IMG/VR virus record: IMGVR_UViG_3300032234_000100
Coordinates: 1-28,778 of that record
Length of the DNA: 28,778 nt
Reading direction: 5' to 3' (one strand)
Source: a virus
Taxonomy: Duplodnaviria > Caudoviricetes
Both the position numbers and the translations under genes were made by a program. Below are positions 25,754 through 28,778 of this stretch, piece after piece. The number at the start of each line of letters is the position of its first letter. The first letter of the stretch is position 1. The notes beneath the pieces are model-generated. The model ran no database searches. It saw nothing but the letters and a program-made list of their open reading frames with translations, and was not told the origin of the DNA.

Positions 25754-25841
25754 AATACTAAACGATATTTTTTCTGCCCTATTTGTGGCAGCGTTCCCTA
25801 TCCTATTGTATAACCTTTTAATTTTTTTAATATGCAAGTAA
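25743..25841 (+). CDS. 32-aa single-TM peptide (not in the ORF track)
   Basis: MKNKILNDIFSALFVAAFPILLYNLLIFLICK*; overlaps both neighbours. Confidence 0.55.
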   Translation: MKNKILNDIFSALFVAAFPILLYNLLIFLICK

Positions 25842-26122
25842 CAGAAGTAACAAACGACACAGCCTACTTTGAGAGAGCATTCATGCATGGAAGCTGTAGT
25901 TATATCATCCGAGATCTACATGGAGATTGGTATATTGAGCTGAATGACTTTAATGCCTTAGAGCATCCTGGAGAAGTGGAACTTGACTATGAACTAACCG
26001 ATGAGGAAAAGTATGAAGTCCAGTACCTAATTGAACAGCACCTAATGGAGTATAATATCATTGATGAGTTAACTGACCCAGCTAACTACTACGATGAGGA
26101 TGAGTGGAGGTACACATGTTAA
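25832..26122 (+). CDS. Highly acidic hypothetical protein
   Basis: 96 aa, D/E/Y-rich. Confidence 0.7.
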   Translation: MQVTEVTNDTAYFERAFMHGSCSYIIRDLHGDWYIELNDFNALEHPGEVELDYELTDEEKYEVQYLIEQHLMEYNIIDELTDPANYYDEDEWRYTC

Positions 26123-26367
26123 TTGGTAGAGACTTATACAGCATGGCTGAATGGTGGATCAGACAGTCAATGGCAGGAGATAAGGGGGGCTCCTTTAACA
26201 TCCCCCATTATATTGAATACCTTAAAGCACGAAACTCATGTTTAGATTATTGTACTATTATGAATCAAGACTTGCAGAAAGTTACGAATTCCCAAGTGAA
26301 GCACTTTGTTATTGGAAGCTTAACGAATTTAGAAAAGCAGGAACCCACATCTACGGACACTTTGTAA
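26104..26367 (+). CDS. Hypothetical protein (start and 3' extent uncertain)
   Basis: Track ORF; its 3' half overlaps 26238-26381. Confidence 0.45.
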   Translation: MEVHMLIGRDLYSMAEWWIRQSMAGDKGGSFNIPHYIEYLKARNSCLDYCTIMNQDLQKVTNSQVKHFVIGSLTNLEKQEPTSTDTL

Positions 26368-26381
26368 TACAGAAGCCATGA
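26238..26381 (+). CDS. 47-aa hypothetical protein (not in the ORF track)
   Basis: MFRLLYYYESRLAESYEFPSEALCYWKLNEFRKAGTHIYGHFVIQKP*; ATGA-coupled to 26378. Confidence 0.55.
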   Translation: MFRLLYYYESRLAESYEFPSEALCYWKLNEFRKAGTHIYGHFVIQKP

Positions 26382-26635
26382 AGATACCACAATTAAAGAG
26401 ATGTTATATCATTGTAGAGATGTTGAATGACATGAAGATACATACCCACAAAGAGATCAGGGAGAAAGTCAATGATAAGATGGGGCAAAACTACTGCAAG
26501 AGTCAAATTGAAAAGGACCTGAGCTGGATTAAATGGAATTTAGATTTAGATGATTATTACTCCTCCGGGCATGGCATTAGATTATATGAACCGCTTGACT
26601 TTTGGAAGGCATTAAAAAACTATTTAGAGGTATGA
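26378..26635 (+). CDS. Winged-HTH protein
   Basis: KRCYIIVEML...THKEIREKV...KSQIEKDLSWIK resembles the N-terminal wHTH of WYL regulators. Confidence 0.55.
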   Translation: MKIPQLKRCYIIVEMLNDMKIHTHKEIREKVNDKMGQNYCKSQIEKDLSWIKWNLDLDDYYSSGHGIRLYEPLDFWKALKNYLEV

Positions 26636-26826
26636 ATCAGCACAAAATATACAGAGTGCTAAGACTCTTGCAGCTCCTACAGGAAAAACCGAGAACAGTA
26701 ATGGCAATATCCAGGTACTTAGGTACCAGTGAGAGAACAGTCTACAGATATTTTAAGCTATTTGAAAAGCTAGAATACACTGTAAAACGAGATATTTATT
26801 ACAAGTATTATATTGAGAAATTATGA
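26632..26826 (+). CDS. HTH_11-type winged-HTH protein
   Basis: RVLRLLQLLQEKPRTVMAISRYLGTSERTVYRYFKLF; ATG 26632 is ATGA-coupled. Confidence 0.75.
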   Translation: MNQHKIYRVLRLLQLLQEKPRTVMAISRYLGTSERTVYRYFKLFEKLEYTVKRDIYYKYYIEKL

Positions 26827-27275
26827 ATGAGGAACTTTTTGAACTGAGCAAAGTGCTTAACCAGGATATCATTGATATCATTAAAACGTACAAATTAGAT
26901 AGCTCCAGTAGGAAGCAGGACCTAGTTAGCAAGAGATACTACCTGTACAACTACATGAGTAAGCACAGGCACATGACTACGACCATGATAGGAAGGTACT
27001 TCAATAGAGATCATAGTACTGTGGTCCATGGGATATCTGAACATGAGTACTGGTATAAAAATAAGGATGCTAATTACCTTAAGTTTATCCATCCAGTACC
27101 TGAACTAATCAGAGCTAAGAGGTCAGATATAAACATCTTTGATGTGGATGTCATGCCACTGGATGATGAGGAAGCCAGGATAACTATCACCGGTAACTTC
27201 TCACCTAAGTTATTAAGAAGTTTTCAAGAGCAAATGACCAAAGAAGAATTATGTACTACATTTGAGCTATCATAA
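26823..27275 (+). CDS. DnaA domain IV (Bac_DnaA_C)-like DNA-binding protein
   Basis: SSRKQDLVSKR...IGRYFNRDHSTVVHG matches the DnaA C-terminal signature. Confidence 0.8.
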   Translation: MNEELFELSKVLNQDIIDIIKTYKLDSSSRKQDLVSKRYYLYNYMSKHRHMTTTMIGRYFNRDHSTVVHGISEHEYWYKNKDANYLKFIHPVPELIRAKRSDINIFDVDVMPLDDEEARITITGNFSPKLLRSFQEQMTKEELCTTFELS

Positions 27276-27296
27276 TTTTTTAAGGGTTATATACGG

Positions 27297-27326
27297 AGAG
27301 AGGGGAGCATTAGCTCCTCTTTTTTT
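27297..27326 (+). terminator. Intrinsic terminator
   Basis: AGGGGAGC-ATTA-GCTCCTCT followed by a T run. Confidence 0.85.
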
Positions 27327-27331
27327 ATCTA

Positions 27332-27513
27332 ATCCATGACGCTGTGTCAATTCTCTATATATACCACTCTATAATTTTACACTATGCACACTCTAAAATT
27401 TTTGTTTTTTTATCGTCATATCGTCATGAAATCGCTAAAACATAAGCCTGCATTGGTTTATATCCATGACGCAAAACTTTTTTTATCGTCATTTATTGTC
27501 TATTCACTGTCAT
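27332..27513. repeat. Iteron-like repeat cluster, putative replication origin
   Basis: ATCCATGACGC x2 (27332, 27462); ATCGTCAT x3 (27412, 27420, 27485); CACTCTAwAATTTT x2 (27365, 27389). Non-coding and directly upstream of the primase-helicase. Confidence 0.7.
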
Positions 27514-27525
27514 TTATTATATTTG
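27496..27525 (+). promoter_or_regulatory. Bacteroidota-type promoter of the primase-helicase
   Basis: TTG(27496-27498)-N19-TATATTTG(27518-27525), 6 nt before ATG 27532. Confidence 0.7.
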
Positions 27526-27531
27526 TCCGCT

Positions 27532-28778
27532 ATGTATAACCCAACAATATCAGTTTTCAGGTCCCTTTACAATTCTAAAGAGACTCCATTCAAGCTTACA
27601 GCTATAGAAGTTTATAACAGGATTAAGAATGGTAATCCCGATGTAATTAACAAAATTAACCTTATCCGAAATGGTGAAAGTGAGCACAAAAATAAGCTCA
27701 TGGCGATCATGTTTAATGGCACCTTCAATGAACGCAAGGATGATGGACTAATTGAGCACAGTGGTTTGTGTATCCTGGACTTCGATAAGTATCCGGATAC
27801 CAAGACCATGAATAAGGATAGAAAAAAGCTCAAGGAATGTCCGTATGTGTACATGATGTTCACGTCACCGAGTGGTAATGGACTCAAAGCAGTCATTAGA
27901 ATACCACAAAGTGACAAGTATGAACACAAACGCAGGTTCGGTGCCTTTGCTGAATACTTTCAAAGTGAGTATTTTGATTCAGCCAATAGCAATATCTCAA
28001 GGGTTTGCTTTGAAAGCTATGACCCTGAGGCATATCTCAATGAATTTGCGGATGAGTATACCGATATCCTGGAGGATAAGGGATACACTGTTAGTGAGAA
28101 AGCCCCAGTGCTTCCATTAACGAATGAGGATAAGATCATTGAGTTAATCATGAAGTTTAATCATGGTAACTTTCAAGAGGGTGAGCGTAACCTATGGCTA
28201 TTTAAGGTAGCAGTATGTATGTGTGAGTATGGTGTGGATGATAGAATGGCGAAAGAGTACCTACTTCAATATCAGCAACCTGGCTTTGAGGCCTATGAAA
28301 TCAATAACACTGTAGCTAATGCCTACAGAAGGGGTGCATTTGGTACCAAATACTTTGAGGATAAGAGCACAGTGGACAGGGTGAAGGTAAAGCTAAGAGA
28401 TGGAATCAATAAAGAGGATATCAAGAGGCAGTTAGGAGTGGATGAGAATATCATTCAAAGTGTACAGAAAGATGTTCAAAACATTGATGACAAGTTCTGG
28501 GAAGGTGAAGGTAACAAAATGAAGATAGTGCCAATGGACTTTGCAAGGTTCCTGCATAAGCATGGCTTTGCTAAGTACTATCCTGAGAGCTCTAAGAAAC
28601 CTACCTTTGTTTATATCCAAGAGAATAAAGTAAACGAAAGCGGTATCGAGCTGATTAAGGACTTTGTACTTAACTACCTCAAATCACAGGGTGAACTGGA
28701 TGTTTACAACCATTGTGCGAAGTCAACAAATTTGTTTACCGAAAACTATCTAAACATGCTAGATAGTATTGACATGAA
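27532..28778 (+). CDS. N-terminal part of the primase-helicase (BT4734/VirE_N-type AEP domain plus PriCT-like domain); 783 aa when joined to 1-1228; not in the ORF track
   Basis: Stop-free from ATG 27532 to the window end. HSGLCILDFD, FTSPSGNGLK, ISRVCFESYDP, EGERNLWLF. Confidence 0.88.
   Translation, partial: MYNPTISVFRSLYNSKETPFKLTAIEVYNRIKNGNPDVINKINLIRNGESEHKNKLMAIMFNGTFNERKDDGLIEHSGLCILDFDKYPDTKTMNKDRKKLKECPYVYMMFTSPSGNGLKAVIRIPQSDKYEHKRRFGAFAEYFQSEYFDSANSNISRVCFESYDPEAYLNEFADEYTDILEDKGYTVSEKAPVLPLTNEDKIIELIMKFNHGNFQEGERNLWLFKVAVCMCEYGVDDRMAKEYLLQYQQPGFEAYEINNTVANAYRRGAFGTKYFEDKSTVDRVKVKLRDGINKEDIKRQLGVDENIIQSVQKDVQNIDDKFWEGEGNKMKIVPMDFARFLHKHGFAKYYPESSKKPTFVYIQENKVNESGIELIKDFVLNYLKSQGELDVYNHCAKSTNLFTENYLNMLDSIDM
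28656..28778. repeat. Terminal direct repeat / circular assembly overlap, right copy
   Basis: Identical to 1-123. Confidence 0.97.

Noticed and set aside
27332-27513. Mini-CRISPR array
   Set aside because: The repeats are only 8-14 bp, occur in both orientations and are irregularly spaced.
1-28778. Alternative genetic code, tRNA genes, introns or inteins
   Set aside because: Genes tile densely under the standard code with TAA, TAG and TGA all used as stops. TerL, portal and primase are uninterrupted and no cloverleaf was seen, though no tRNA scan was run.

Overview
This window looks like one complete small tailed-phage genome (siphovirus-like), about 28,655 bp as a circle. Bases 1-123 are identical to 28656-28778, and one primase-helicase reading frame runs through that junction. 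The host is probably a Bacteroidota (Flavobacteriia-like) bacterium, judging from TAnnTTTG promoters, A-rich leaders without Shine-Dalgarno sequences, a DUF3127 SSB-like gene and a BT4734/VirE_N-type primase. Four modules are visible. (1) Replication and recombination: primase-helicase, VRR-NUC-like nuclease, ERF, YqaJ-like exonuclease, SSB-like protein, DnaA-domain-IV protein and an iteron-rich origin candidate. (2) An ECF-like sigma factor. (3) Packaging, tail, head and portal genes in a non-canonical order. (4) A holin/amidase/u-spanin-like lysis cassette. I found no integrase, tRNA, CRISPR array or reverse transcriptase. The most interesting signal is a regulatory circuit readable from the DNA. 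Five copies of AACA-N15/16-YAATATAGGT sit directly on late-gene start codons, suggesting phage-sigma promoters that make leaderless mRNAs. One copy overlaps a divergent host-type promoter that drives two paralogous tail-chaperone-like genes. Two early promoters share a 14-bp palindromic operator candidate, a Fur/PerR-like box lies upstream of one of them, and an H-type pseudoknot precedes erf. All protein assignments come from motif recognition by eye; no database search was run.
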